Of a DNA stretch of 64,000 nucleotides, positions 1-13,054 are shown piece by piece. The notes under the pieces were generated by a model, which did no database searches, had not been told where the DNA came from, and worked only from the letters and a program-made list of their open reading frames with translations. Within the stretch, counting starts at the first letter, position 1. The number at the start of each line of letters is the position of its first letter. The stretch comes from Amoebophrya sp. A120 (Eukaryota; Protista; Dinoflagellata): contig CAJINV010000001.1 in assembly GCA_905178155.1 (NCBI GenBank), positions 3,543,723 through 3,607,722 on the forward strand, read 5' to 3'. The position numbers and the translations under genes were made by a program.

Positions 1-2
1 TC

Positions 3-1355
3 GAAAATGATGAAGGACCCTCACCAGTTGCTGACGGCACGTCGCCGGAGGTGGCAGAAGCAGAGGTGTCAAGAGTTGTTACATGCGCTCCACGAGGACA
101 TGAGATGGAGAAGCAGGATCAACGACAGACGAGGACTCCTGAACATAGTCTGGGCGGCCCAGAGAATACACCTGGCAAAAACACAGCGGCGTCCAGTACG
201 AAAGCCACTTCATCCAGTACAACAGAGGGTCAAAACTACTACGTCCATGGTGAGGACGAGAGCGAGGAGGTGGGCGAAACTGCGCTGCGTTTGTTAATCA
301 AGCCCCCGCAGTTTGTGGACAGCGTACCTCCTGCTAGCGACTTTTCCGCGAACGCGCCGCCCATGGCTTTTCTGGACGCGGCCTTCAGCACGACCTATTT
401 GGGGCCGGTCGTGTTGGATTGCAACGCGCTCGAGGCGATGGAGGTGTTTCGCCAGTTCCTGTACTGGTTTCGGGAAGTCGACGACGCCTGCGCTACATCC
501 GTACCGCTGCTGCAGCACGTGGTACAGAATTACGGATCCGAGATGGTCTGCATCATAGTGGAACGTCTCCTGCGGCTCAAGGCACACAGAGTGCTCGGGG
601 ACTACGTAGAACACGGGACCACGAACAGGGGCGGTGAAGAAGAGACCTTTATTTTCAACAGCGCTGCTGCCTCTACGTCTGCTTCCAGGGGCACTACTTC
701 TCCAGCAGCCGCGAGAATAGTAAATGCCTCCTACAACGAAGCAACCGCGTTCGGAGGTGCGTCGGTGCTCCACCTTCTTCTTCGCGGAATCCTGAAGCCC
801 GTGCCGCTGCTGCCGCCAGATCGGAAGCTTACGAGCCAGCTACTCACCTACCTCGAAGCACTTCTCATCCGGGTACTGCGCGAGGCCACGCCGGAGTCGC
901 TGAACACGACCGGGAAATTTGCGGACGAAGAGAAAAACTGGACCAGCCAGGTCTGTGAGCTCTTTGCCAGTGCAATTCTGGGTTTAGAACTCTTAACTCG
1001 CCCGGATCTGGAAGTTTCCACTTTGCTGCAAATCGCGCAGAGCCGGGACCGCTGCTGCACATGCCTTGTGGTCGCCACGGCTAACGGGCATTTAGCGGTG
1101 TGCGAAAAGATCGTCGAGAGACTGGGGAAGCATCTGGATCAGAAGTATCTCCGGGTTCGGTACCCGGTCACGCGGCAGCCGAATGTACTGGGGCAGCTCC
1201 GGAAATCCCTCGGCTACGTGTTCGAGTCTTCCGCGCAGTGCGGGGGAAAGAACGCAGCGGAGATATGCGTACACAACGTGAGCCGGATGGGGGATCAAGC
1301 GGAAGAGTGGCTAGCTCTTTCCGAGCAGCTCAAGCAGCTGGAAAAGAAAGGATAA
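3..1355 (+). CDS. 5'-truncated hypothetical protein with divergent ankyrin-like repeats
   Basis: Frame is open from the window edge (nt 3) to TAA at 1355. Ankyrin-like segments: GASVLHLL, TCLVVATANGHLAVCEKIVE, GGKNAAEIC. Confidence 0.55.
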   Translation, partial: ENDEGPSPVADGTSPEVAEAEVSRVVTCAPRGHEMEKQDQRQTRTPEHSLGGPENTPGKNTAASSTKATSSSTTEGQNYYVHGEDESEEVGETALRLLIKPPQFVDSVPPASDFSANAPPMAFLDAAFSTTYLGPVVLDCNALEAMEVFRQFLYWFREVDDACATSVPLLQHVVQNYGSEMVCIIVERLLRLKAHRVLGDYVEHGTTNRGGEEETFIFNSAAASTSASRGTTSPAAARIVNASYNEATAFGGASVLHLLLRGILKPVPLLPPDRKLTSQLLTYLEALLIRVLREATPESLNTTGKFADEEKNWTSQVCELFASAILGLELLTRPDLEVSTLLQIAQSRDRCCTCLVVATANGHLAVCEKIVERLGKHLDQKYLRVRYPVTRQPNVLGQLRKSLGYVFESSAQCGGKNAAEICVHNVSRMGDQAEEWLALSEQLKQLEKKG

Positions 1356-1892
1356 AAAATCTTCAATGTGTCTGTTGTCGGGACAGTTACGGTAGAAATA
1401 CAAGCGACGCATGATTATATCAGGTGTATGCGGTACGCATCTTCAAAGCGCATCAGATCCTCACAGCCGCGGGCTCGACATGTGTCATCATTTGGAAAAG
1501 ACGTGTTCGTGAATTGCGATCAAGAAGTAAGTAGAAAGAATAAACTTGCTGACGTTCGACAGATCATGCTTAAGTAAGTACTTCTAAGCGACTTAGATCA
1601 ACAAATAGAGCCTAATTTTGCTGATGCTGAATCAATCTGCAATGCTCACACTTTGAACACTATGTAATTGCGCAGGCAGTATATGTGTAAAGTTTGACAG
1701 AGTCAGAATGCTGTTTTTGTCATAGTAGGCCTAGAAAAGGCTTCTATAGGCAAAGGGATGAACTGCATCCCTTAGAAGATCTCCTTATGTCATAGAACGT
1801 AAAACTTTTTAGATGTAGATCATCAGTATTTCGCTTTAGAGGGTGCAGGACATTTTCTGTCTTTGCTACCGGTCTATTAAGGAGAAGAAAAT

Positions 1893-2825
1893 ATGATCAC
1901 CACTTTCAGTGACGACGAGGACGAGGTCGCCGGGTACCAAGTGGAGAGCCTTACGGAAGCGGGCGAAACTACCTTCAGCAAAGGCTACGAGCCGCTGATC
2001 CGCAACACGCCCGCTTTCGAGCAGGGTTTTTTCGAGGATGTGTCCGTGCTCCGGCTGCCGCAAAAGCTGGCCCGCGAAGTCCAGCAACCGGGGGCGCAGC
2101 TCGAGTTTTGCGGCGACTACATCCTTCTAAACGGCATCCGGTACCCGTGCGCCCACCACCAGCTGCCCTACCCGGTGGAAGCGTTCGAGGAGCGGTTTAA
2201 GGTGGCTGATGTGCAACACATATCGGTGGTCGATGGGTCCAGACCAATAATACCAGGGGAAAATCGTAAAAAGAATAAACCGCCACATAAAAGAACTCAA
2301 GCGGGCCGCGAGATGAACAACAGCGCAGATGTGCGCGGAACAGCATCTGGTACTACACCTGGAAGACATAAAAATCCTGCAGATGATGAAAACGTCGACC
2401 TTGATATCGACGAGGAAGGAAATTATGAACCTCCCGGTACATCAACTAAGCAGCCGGGAGATCATGCTGACGACATTGACGAGGAGGGGGCACCTCCTAC
2501 TTTACAGCAGCCCCGACTGCTCGAAAAGGTCCCGGACTGCGTGAGGCCACAGAGCATGGGTCTCACGAACGTGCGACGACCGAAGAAGAAGCCCTCGGGC
2601 TTCACGGACGAACTGTTGCAAGAGGCTTGGGTCGCACTGGAGGAGCTTGCGACAGACGGCGACTACTCGTACTGCGAGGACATTGTCGAACTGGACGAGG
2701 AGGCGTATTTGGAGCTGCGCCAGAGACACCGTGCGCAAGAATGGTTTCCGCCTGACGACAGTGCCTTCGGTAGCGGGGCGGATGAGGATGACACCAGTAG
2801 CTCCGGCTCCGTTGATTCGGACTGA
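1893..2825 (+). CDS. TAF7: TFIID subunit 7-like (TAFII55 N-terminal domain)
   Basis: EDVSVLRLPQKLA resembles EnQFILRLP, YPCAHHQLPYPVE resembles LvdLPc.iE, FKVADVQHISVV resembles YKtADIsQMlv, and MGLTNVRRPKKK resembles HGiT.P.knVRkRRF. Acidic C-terminus. No intron. Confidence 0.65.
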   Translation: MITTFSDDEDEVAGYQVESLTEAGETTFSKGYEPLIRNTPAFEQGFFEDVSVLRLPQKLAREVQQPGAQLEFCGDYILLNGIRYPCAHHQLPYPVEAFEERFKVADVQHISVVDGSRPIIPGENRKKNKPPHKRTQAGREMNNSADVRGTASGTTPGRHKNPADDENVDLDIDEEGNYEPPGTSTKQPGDHADDIDEEGAPPTLQQPRLLEKVPDCVRPQSMGLTNVRRPKKKPSGFTDELLQEAWVALEELATDGDYSYCEDIVELDEEAYLELRQRHRAQEWFPPDDSAFGSGADEDDTSSSGSVDSD

Positions 2826-3064
2826 CCGGAAAATACGAGCAGATGCGATGTCATTTTTTCGACGACTTGAGTGTAGTTTAGTTCACACCACGACATCAAT
2901 AAGGCGACAAGTATCTATTCATATCGGCACCTTGTTTGGGTAGCTTCTAGAATAACAACGCACCTACCTCATGCTGGTTGGAATCTTTTCTAAGCACTAT
3001 CGAATTGTTGTCTCCACAGCAGGTCCTTCTAGTTCTGGGCGACACTTACGACTTGATGGTGTCA

Positions 3065-3121
3065 GCCAGATGCGTTAACGACAAATATCTGCACGGCCGA
3101 TGCGTTAACGAAAAATATCTT
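3065..3121. repeat. Short intergenic tandem duplication (~30 bp period)
   Basis: gatgcgttaacgacaaatatct and gatgcgttaacgaaaaatatct, followed by a decayed third copy (ccgatcgcgtagcgatcaaat). Confidence 0.6.
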
Positions 3122-3735
3122 CCACCGATCGCGTAGCGATCAAATTTGCGTTTCCGCTATAGTTCTGACATTATAATTTGAAATACACCAGATCAGGAGG
3201 AAGATCGTTTTGTATAAATAGGTTTCATCTGTTCCATTGTGCTACTAACGCTCGAGTTGATCTACTATCTTGAAATGATGAAGATCTTTGTGTTGCATGG
3301 ACACGAAATAGCAAGTCGTCGATTCAAAATATCTTTATTGCAGAAACACTCAAAGATAAACTAAAGAACACGATCTCGTCGTTTCCTCGTCTGTTCTGGA
3401 GATAAGACAGTCTTCGATTTGTCATCTGAGCGACAGGTGGGGCTGGCAGAACGAACCGAGAAAGCGACTATTTTTTTGTTGTGGCAGTACGAAAACGACA
3501 GCGACCACCAACAATAACAAATTAATTAACGAAAATGAATGATGTAGAATCCATGAGCCTCTGAACACCTCCAATGAGACCCGTTATGGTAATTGCTTCT
3601 GAAAGTATGTTGTGCGCTCTCTCGACTAGAGAGTTCAGAAAAATATAGCCTTCCCAGCGGGACACGCAGTCGTCTGTGCCGGGACCACGCTAGTGAGTCA
3701 TCCCTCTACAACGAGACCACCACGACTTCGGCAAC

Positions 3736-6700
3736 ATGGCTCCCAAGAAAGCACCACCAGCGAAGGCGAAAGCCGCCGCATCGGCGAAAAGCAAGGCGAT
3801 GAAAGCAGCTCCGCCCCCGGCACCAGCCATGAAGAAGGCGTCCTCGAGCGCGAAAGCCAAGGCGAAACCACCTGCGCCAAAGGGCAAGGCAAAAGCAAAG
3901 GCCGCATCGTCGAAAAAGGTATTCTTGAGTAGATTCACCGTCATTGATTTTTTCAAAAGCAGCGAGACCAATCAAAGTGCTGGTCTCCTAACCTACCTCG
4001 TCGCATGAAAGGAAAATGGCCTGCAGAATTCAAAAATGTACACTGAAAACTCGCAGGCACCGGTCGTGGAAGAAGAAGATGAGGAGGACGAGGATGAAGA
4101 GGATGACGACGACGAAGATGAAGACGATGACGAGCCTATGGAAGACGCAGATCAAGATGAGGACGACGAAGATGAAGATGAGGAGGAAGGTATAATGTTT
4201 TCATTCAACATTAATACGCCTGGTTTCGTGAACTAGCAGTGTCTTGTAGTTTTCTGAAAAGGGCATGACAGAAAAAAAAAGAGCTGTTGTGTTGGGCATT
4301 GTGATGCAGTGCGTTCCATTAGAATGAAACGACGAAATGAACACTACAGAAGACGACGAGGACGAGGATGATGAAGACGAAGACCCAGAAGCAAAAAGGA
4401 GAAAAAAGGACGACGTACGATACGAGTTTTGTTTTCGCAAATTTACTCGTGCTGTTAGTTTGTTTAGGTATCGAAGATGCGAAACCCACTGTGTCATCCT
4501 CAACATCGTTCCATGTTTAACATAGAGAAAATCGTAATCTTAATGAACAGGACGCAAAAAGGGAGTATCGCGGGCTTCGAGACAACTTGGACGACCTGGA
4601 CCTTCTGGGTGAAGACGCGGCAAAAAAGCACGAGGCGGCACAGGCGGAGTTCGAAGAGTTCGAGCACGACGCGGATGCACTGGTGCAGGGTGCGCAAAAG
4701 GCGGGTATCAAACACGGTCACGAGCAAGCCTTCGACGCCAATTTGCTCGGGCAGTTCGAACAGGATCAGGAAATTCTGGACGTAATTGCGGAAAATCTCG
4801 GAGACCAGATACACCTGTATACCATTTATTATTTTACGCTCTTTTTTATAGAAATTTCGATGCTGTAGTACAATCAAGTGATTTCTATGAATATGTGGTG
4901 TGCGTTGTCAACTCCTTGTCGTGTTTCTGCTTCTGCATGACCATCGTCTATCTTCCGGCATAAGTTTTTTAAATTTTGATTGAAAATAACAACTAACAGG
5001 GTGAAGCCGGCTCGTAAGGACGAGGACCAAGAGGAGGAAATCGGGCCCGAAGAGAAGGGGGATATGGACAAGAACATCACGTATCTCTTCATCGAGCCGA
5101 CCGAGTTAGAGAGCGGGTTCGCCAAGACGGTCGCTGTTTACGATCAGATCAACCGATTTTGGAGGTTCAAGACCGACGCGCAGAGTGTCCGAGAGGTCGA
5201 AATGGGACAAGTGCAAGGTGCAAAGATCGTCGAAATGGGCATCGAAGATTACAAAGAGGATCTTCGCGACCGGGCCGAGCAGCGTAGGCTGAACCGACGA
5301 GGGTCCGACCAAAACCGCGTCCCACGCGTACCCGGTGCACCGAAGGAACCCCGTGTGAAACGCGCGGACCGGGAGCCCAAAGAACCGCGTGCCCCAAAGA
5401 AGGAGGTCGTGATATCGGACGTCGCAGGTATTGTTCATTACACAGACGTCCAGACCATTTTTGTTTCAATTTGTACCAATCTCAAGGTTTCTGCTGCGTA
5501 TTGTGCAAGACCATAACGTGTTGGAGCAGAAGGAGTAGACAAGATTTTATGCAAAGGAGCAAAAACTACCTTCTTGACAAACAAAAACCACAGACGTGTC
5601 CGCACTGATGGAAGAACTGAAGATAAATCCTCTGAAATACGGTAAGTTGGACGAGAATTTGCAGCAGCAGGTGCTAGCAAGAGACCCCAACATCGAGATC
5701 GCATTTAAGCAGAAGGAAATGGAGTCCGGCAGAAGGCAAGCCTTCGAAAAGTTGCAAGGCAGCAAGATTGGCAGCATGTTCTTGGAGAAGTTCAAAATGT
5801 TTCAAGAGCTCGCTTATTTGCGGTCGAAGGACCTCACCGGCAAAAGAGAAGGAGAGACGCAGTGGTCGGGTCCGGTATCGCCGGATCAGCCCATGACGAA
5901 AGAGGGATTCGCAGCAGGAAAGTCGCAGCTCGACGGCGTGAAGGCGGAAGTCAACCGCATCAAGGTTAGCGTAGCTGCATCCGAGGAGAACAAGGACGAC
6001 ACCGAGGCAATAAACAAAAAGGTGAACGAAAAGATCGCGCAGCTCGATAAAGAGCGTCAGAGCAAGATAGAAAGTCTCACCAAGAGGCTCACGGCCGCGC
6101 AGCAACACGTCAAGATCGATATGCGGCACTGGCGACTGATGAGGCCAGACCCCGGGTACGATCCGGACAAAAAGGACGACGGCCTCGATCCGGAAAAGAG
6201 GGGCAAGACAGGCTTATGAAGATGAAAGACGCACGCTTCCCTTGCTAGAACTTGCTTGAACTTCCTTCACATAATGGAACGGACCTCCACTCAGTGTCTT
6301 TCTTAGTGGTCTTACTACTGTTAAACTGGTCATGACTTGGATAAGGACCAAGAAACAAAATCGATCCCCCACGTGACTGTTTGTCTCCATGGTGACAGTG
6401 CCCTGACACCAGCACATCTTCACACTGCTATAGAGGCGGGCGCAGATCACGAACTCTCGCTGGAGTTTATTCGCACTCATCCGCAAGAACTTCATTGCAC
6501 CTTGTCCTACTAGGAGACAAAAGGCACCAGCCAAAAATGGCAGAAACAGTATGTATGCAAAGAAATCTAGCGGGGCGGTTGCGCTTTTCACCAGGATGCA
6601 ACTGGGAGGACGTGGATGACGAGCCAAACGAGGCGCTGAGAAAAAGGGCAATCAGGCGGCACCAAACCAGACCCCATCCGGAGGAGTTATTCAAGAACCT

Positions 6701-7487
6701 GTCTCCCGATGAGATGATACACCAGAAGTTGACGTTTATCGGAGTGGAAGCAAACGCGAGGCGTGTCGCGATGGAGGAGCTCGGGCGCCGGCACAAGCTA
6801 GGAAAAGCGATTCGGAGTATAGTTTAGTTTTGTCAACAACCAGTTCATCTTTTTTGTACTGTCCTCACATTCGCCTTCGCATGAACACTGATGAAAATAC
6901 AGTGAATTGCACTGATGGATTGCTTGAGCACGAAGATTTCCCTTTTTTGCACGACAACAGATAAAGACACGACCGCGACGCACAAAGTTTTTGGGACGCA
7001 AATCAAAACCTTTCCGGGGCGCGTGGAGGCACGTGTGGCCCACACGCTGGCCGGTATGGCCACGGTGTACCCGGAGGAGACTCACGTGGACAACCAGCAG
7101 ATCGTGCGCTTGGAAGATGACCGGTTCATGGGCCCCACGCTGAAGGCCCGGGCGACGATGGCGATGCGGTACAACCTGCTGATGGGCGGAAATGTCTCGT
7201 ACACGGGGAAGGGGCTGGAAGACGTCCGCGTTTTGCAGCCGGTGCTCCCCATGGACGAGGCGGGCCGCAGCATGGCGTTCGAAGGAGGCTTAACGGCCGC
7301 GGGCGGTTTCACGCAGGCCGTCGCCGATCATGGCGGCTTCACCGAAATGGGGGGCGGCATGAGTGTGGTGGACGACATGATGGGAGGTGGCGGTGGCATG
7401 ACCGTGCACGGCATGGACGTGGATCAAGGCGACAGCGACGAGGACGAAGATGCGAAGGCTAGAAACGAGAAGTTCGCGCTTTACTAA
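3736..7487 (+). CDS. 8-exon protein: Lys/Ala/Pro-rich basic N-tail, long Asp/Glu tract, coiled coil; probably nuclear
   Basis: Phase-consistent exons 3736-3918, 4057-4189, 4350-4414, 4551-4816, 5000-5427, 5594-6211, 6595-6816, 6961-7487. All introns GT-AG except 6212-6594 (GC-AG). Confidence 0.65.
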
Positions 7488-8733
7488 ATAATGGCGAATA
7501 TGAACCTCGGCTACCGCTGGTGCCACAACCTCCCTGTTAGTCTGCCGGCGGTGTTGATCACTGATTCTGGCGGTTCGAAATTTATTCCACGCAGTTCTTG
7601 AAGTTTTTCTGCGGTGCGACTTTTTCAACTGCTTGTACGTGCGCTTCATCCCTGCTGTGCCAACCGCGGGGTCCAAAGCTGACAAATCATATCACATGTC
7701 CATATGTATCATCGACGAACGAAGAAACAAGAAAAATAAACTTCAAGAACGACAACTACTAGATCTACGACATCCGTGTCCGTGAGTCCGCTTGAGGGCG
7801 AGCTACTCGTCCCCTGGCGTCCGTCTTTCTTGATCTGCAGCAGGTGTTCATCGAAAGAGGGATTTTTCTATACAGTGGTGACAGCCAGTGTCGCGGGCAC
7901 GTGGCGGGCTGCTCCTTTTTATTTTCATCGACATCAAAGCGACTTGAGCTGATTGTTGATTTGTCGATCGTCTTCCCGAGCGACTCTGGACTGTGTATAT
8001 GCTTTCCTCGGAATCTGGCTCAATCAGACTCCGAGCACAATCTGGTTGACACTTATTGAGACTGAGTGTCATCATGGATGAAATCGGAGCATGAGGCGTT
8101 GGACCGGGAGAATTCACTGAACCAAATCTGAGAGATAACTCCGTGCAGCATTCGAGCGCTAAAGACTTAAAAGAATTTTGTCGGAACTCGCATTTGCCAT
8201 TGAGTCGATGGTTTCTTCCCTGCGCGAGTTATTGTTTACCTTCATTCCAGAGTCGAAGCTGGCGCTGGACGATGACAAGTTTATTTGCGTTGCGTCTAAG
8301 TAATGAAAATCAAAATATGGAAATCGAAAACGAAATGGATTTTGATAAAGAACAAGATTTTGGAATTGGAACGTAGAATACCAGTAGAATAATTTCACGC
8401 ACCAGACCAACCGAGATTATAGTGGTTGAAGTAATTGTAGGGAATTTGAATTATACATGGCGATCCTCCGCGGTTGTGCTTTGGGCGCCTGCTTCGGCGG
8501 GGATGCGTAGCCTACCGCGGTGAACCCCGCAAGTTCCGGAGTGAAGGACTAACGCCAACGGGGAGGCTTGACCATCAGAATTTGTACTGCCGACGCTGTG
8601 CCAGGCACGAGCCTTGTCACAGCCTCCGAACGTTCGGTTCCTGTACAGCGAACCTTTGTAGTGTGAGACGCACTGTTGTTCAAACGACGTCCGTGAGTGG
8701 TGTTGGTTGATATCGCAGTGAAGGAGCGCGAAA

Positions 8734-11700
8734 ATGGCGGATCCCACGGAGCCACCACCGGAGATGATGGACGAGGAGGAGGAGGAAATCCCGCTGTTGA
8801 AGCAGGACCACCCGCTGCTGGCGCGCGTGCAGCGCGCTTTGCTCGAGCAGCTCACCGCACAGAAGGACAGGCTAAGGCTACAGCTCTCCGAAAAGCAAGA
8901 AGAGTTGAAAAAGCTCGTGGGCCATCGAGAAAATATCGGTTCCAATTTATTGTTGTTCGCACACGAAGATTATACCCTTTGAAGCTAGTCAATAACAACA
9001 ACTCACTGTCATGAGATGCGAAGAGCTAGAACACGCAAGGAAAAAAGAGCGCTCATGTTTGTACTTATGTTGTCTCGCCGAAAAAACAGGTGTGACCCTC
9101 TACCACGCACAGCAGCAACTTGCAAAACTTCAGCTGTCGCAGGAGGAAATCCAGGATAAGTTCGCCAGCATAGTGCAGTCGAAGGAGGATGAAAACCAGA
9201 AACTCGAGACCACCACTAGCGAGTATATAACTTGATATTGATGAAACTGTGCGGTGTCCAGGTCAAGGTCTTACTTCGTACAGACCACATGCATCGATTC
9301 TCAGACCACCATTTTGGAAAAGCTCATGGACTTTCTTAGCTTTTTTCTTGGTCCATTATCATGTACTTAAAACATCAAACAAAATTTTCTTCCTGTACTC
9401 CAGGTACGAAGTAGTAAAGCGAGACGTTGACAAGCAACTGAAGCAAGTGAACAAAGCCCAGGACGAACTAAATCAGCTGAACACCACCCTGCGGCAGGTG
9501 GAAGAGTACAATGAGCAGATGAAAGGTGAGATTGGCATAACGCGACGCGCGACCTACAAAGCAGAAGACGTAATAAAGAAGAAGGAGAAGGTCAAGAAAA
9601 TGCAGGATGTCGTGATTGACAAGTAAGAAGCCAGTAATTCTCTCAACACTCAATGTTCATGTTGTTGATGCAATAGCAAACGCAATTCTGAGAAAGTGGA
9701 AATATGAATATCGAGATTTGTTACTGATACTGTAGTACAAGACCGCTGATGTGATGTGCAAAATCGAAAAACTTTCAGGATGAATCAAGAGATCCGAAAG
9801 CTGAACGACAGTAAAGCGGTGTATGAAGCACAAATAGTTGCACAACGTGCGGAAACTGAAGCGGCAGTGAAGACGATTCAGGAAGCCGCAAAGGAAATTG
9901 AAGCGGTCTCATTCGAGAAGCGACAATTGGAGCTTTCATGGCGATCCAGTTTGATAGGGATACAAAAGCGGGACGAGGCGTATTGATTCATGCATTTTAT
10001 CCATATGGCGCTGGAATCAAGGAATGTGTATGTCCATGTGCATTGTTGGTAGAACTACTTCGGTATGCTTGAGCTAGTGCTTCGCCGTCACTTGTTTTAA
10101 ACACAAAACTGCTGTGCCGTATACAATGCTACAGGGCCCAAGAGGTGATTTCCGCGACGTCCAAGGTGGAACAGCGGCAGAGCGAAATTCAGAACGAAAT
10201 CCGCGGCCTGCAGAACAGCATTAGAACCGAGCAAGAGCAAAATGAAAAGCTCGCAGCGGTGCAAGATCGCAACATGAAGGAAATCCAGTACCTGCAGTCA
10301 CAAATGACAGTGGTAGAACTGGATGCTCACACAACATTTTTATACCTGGTGACCACACGACATTTTTATACAAAATTTCGTCACAGCACCATTAATCTCC
10401 AGATGCAACAGTTTGGATTCTTTGATGTCGCATGTACTCCCGATCAAGTCGGATTTTTATTCTTGTATGGACCATACAATATCAGGTTCGCGCAGAGCGT
10501 GAAAGACTTGCGGGGCACTACAGCATGCTGAAAAAGTCGCTGGATCACGCACAAACCGAAACCGCGCATTTCGACACCGCCATAGGGACTTGTCAAAACG
10601 AAATCGACATTCTCGAGGGCAAGGTTCAACGGACGTCGAGGCACATATCAGACACCTACAACAAAATCGACGCTTTTGTTTCCGACCAAGTCACGAGCAA
10701 GAGAAACGAGGCAGCCACACTGAAGAATATCAAAAAGGTACCTGTCATAGATGAAGAGACTTCTGAGATCATCGGAGGCGCATTTATTTTTTTACGAGCT
10801 GGTTTAGTAGTACAGGTACAGGATTATCTTCTTTTTTCCATCCGGTAGGATAGGAGCAGAATGTCAAAGTCTTGCAAAAATTATTGTACTGTTTTTCAAC
10901 AGGTTGCCACTGAAGTGGTGACGAAAGAAGAGGAAGCTGCGAAAACGAAGAACGACATCTCGAAGATAAAGATGCAGGTCCTCACAACAAGGTCAAAACT
11001 GAGCGGCCTCGCTGCCCGAGTGAAGGAACTAAACTCCGACCTCGACCAGCGATCGAAGGTGATCGCTTCTCACGAAAGCGAAATCAAGCAGAGGCATCTG
11101 CAAATCGAGAAAAAACAGCTCTTCGTGGACCGGCTTAACCGGGAATACGATGACAAGAGGAGTATCGTCTTTGTTTTGTTGTATACTGCTGTCGTTCTTG
11201 AAGTAGATGTTGACGTAGAAGTTGCCTTGGTCACACAGTAAGAAAGTAAGAGTAACTCGTTTGGAAGCTTCGTCGCACCCCTCCTTTCATTCTCCTGGAA
11301 TTATCGTTTTGGATTTACGATTGAATTTCTATTTCAGGGCGACTGGAGGAGGAGCTCGGAGAGGCCGTAGAGTCTTCGGGACCACTAGAAGCAAAATGCA
11401 AGTCCTTGCGGCGGCAGATAGGAGAAAGATGTAAAACGGATAGCAGAGTTTTTTCATTTGTTTTTGTTCATAGAAGTCTTGCAGCGTGAGTTGTCCCTGC
11501 CTGTCTGTAGTCGTGTTGACCATTGTTCTTTTAGAAATCTAGAAGAAAAATTCCCAGCGGCCGCCTGTGCGTTCCAGCAGAAGGAATGGCTGAAGAAACA
11601 GCACAAGATTTTAGAGGAGCAGGTCACCGCGGATCAAATAAAAGCAACAATCGCAGAAATGAAGCATCGGAAAATTATTCTCGAACAGAAGAAGGTATAA

Positions 11701-13054
11701 TGCACAGTGTTTTTTTCTTGCAACAAGAACAATGACAATCATACTTCTTCAGTGACACCTCGAGTATAGAATGCGTGACACTGCACCGCTACTGACTTGC
11801 ACTTCAGCGTCAATTACTTACAACATGCTGCCAACGATCACAAGCAATTGAAAAAAAAAACAGGTTCGCAGCGAAAAAGAGGTGGAGACACAGCTGCAGG
11901 AAGTAAAGCACTTGGCTATGAATGTGAAGGAGATCAAGCAGGAGATGGACCGGATGAATAGCAACATGGCGAGATACGAGGAGCAAGCAGTGAAGCTCGC
12001 GAATGACGCCGAGTGCAGCGAGAAGGAGTTCGTTGCCAAGCTGAAGGACATCGAGGCTGCCTGCACCAAGATGGAGGGGCACATCGAACAGATCAAGGTC
12101 GAAAAGAGCGATATGGAAGCGGAAACAATAGAAGCAGAGAAACAGGTACGTGCACTTCTATTTCGATACAGAATGCACGAAAACGAACGCGTGGTTGCGA
12201 TTGCTGTATCGGATAAGTGAGTAACTAGAACTACGCCCTATTAACTTTCCGTGCGGGTAATTTTGGTCATTCAGAAAGTATCAAGTGCCAACAAAACGTC
12301 TCGCAGATAATGCTGTGGCAGCGAAAAATCCACTTGGAACAAGAGATGCAGCAGGCTTTGGATCCGAGTGTCGGTGATCTCGAGACCACGGCGATGAAGA
12401 AAGAGATTCATCGGATGCAGCTGCGACTAGAACAGTTGAAGCGGCGACAGGAGCAAATTATCACAGAAATGGAGCGGACAGTGCACAAGCGCGATGTGAT
12501 TCAGCTCAAGTAAGGGCAGCTTCATTTAGATTTTCCATTTCAGAATTCTCACTCGCGAATAAAGTTGTTGTCGTTTTGTCGAAAGATGAGGAGTAGTGGA
12601 AGAACAATCTAATTCCAAATCTCCGCGTTATCCGAGGTATGAGCCAAAGGCGAAAAAGAGCGGCAAGGTCGACACGAAGCGAGAGGTCGAGAGTCTGAAG
12701 CGCGCGTTGAAGACTGCGACGGAGCAGAGGGCCCAGGTGGAAGACGAAATCGGCAAGAAAGAGAAATTGCTCGAGGAATTGCAAACCACCGTGACGGACG
12801 CGCAGCGGGAAGCCTCGAAACTGGAGCACATGACCGTGGACCTGTCGGCCAATATCGCGGTTACCAAGGTCGTGTCCGAGATCACGCACGCCAAGCTCGA
12901 ATCGCACAAGACCCCCGGTCCCGCGGAACCCGCTCCGGAAGACGTCGCGACCAAGGAAAAACTGGAAAAACTCGTGCAGTCTTTCCGGGAGCGTTATCCT
13001 AGCATGGAGCTCTTCCACCCCCAACTTTGGGCCGGGTTCTACGCCACAGCGTGA
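8734..13054 (+). CDS. CCDC40: Coiled-coil domain-containing protein 40 (axonemal 96-nm ruler, FAP172)
   Basis: DHPLLARVQRALLEQL...ENIGVTLYHAQQQLAKLQ, TRRATYKAE, WRSSLIGIQKRDEA, GPLEAK, MKKEIHRMQLRLEQL match CCDC40. Modelled as 12 exons and 11 GT-AG introns (e.g. 8939-9089, 11431-11557, 12146-12306). Confidence 0.9.

Noticed and set aside
3736-4008. Stand-alone histone H1 or DVNP gene
   Set aside because: No globular or DVNP core, and a phase-consistent donor at 3919 links it to a larger gene.
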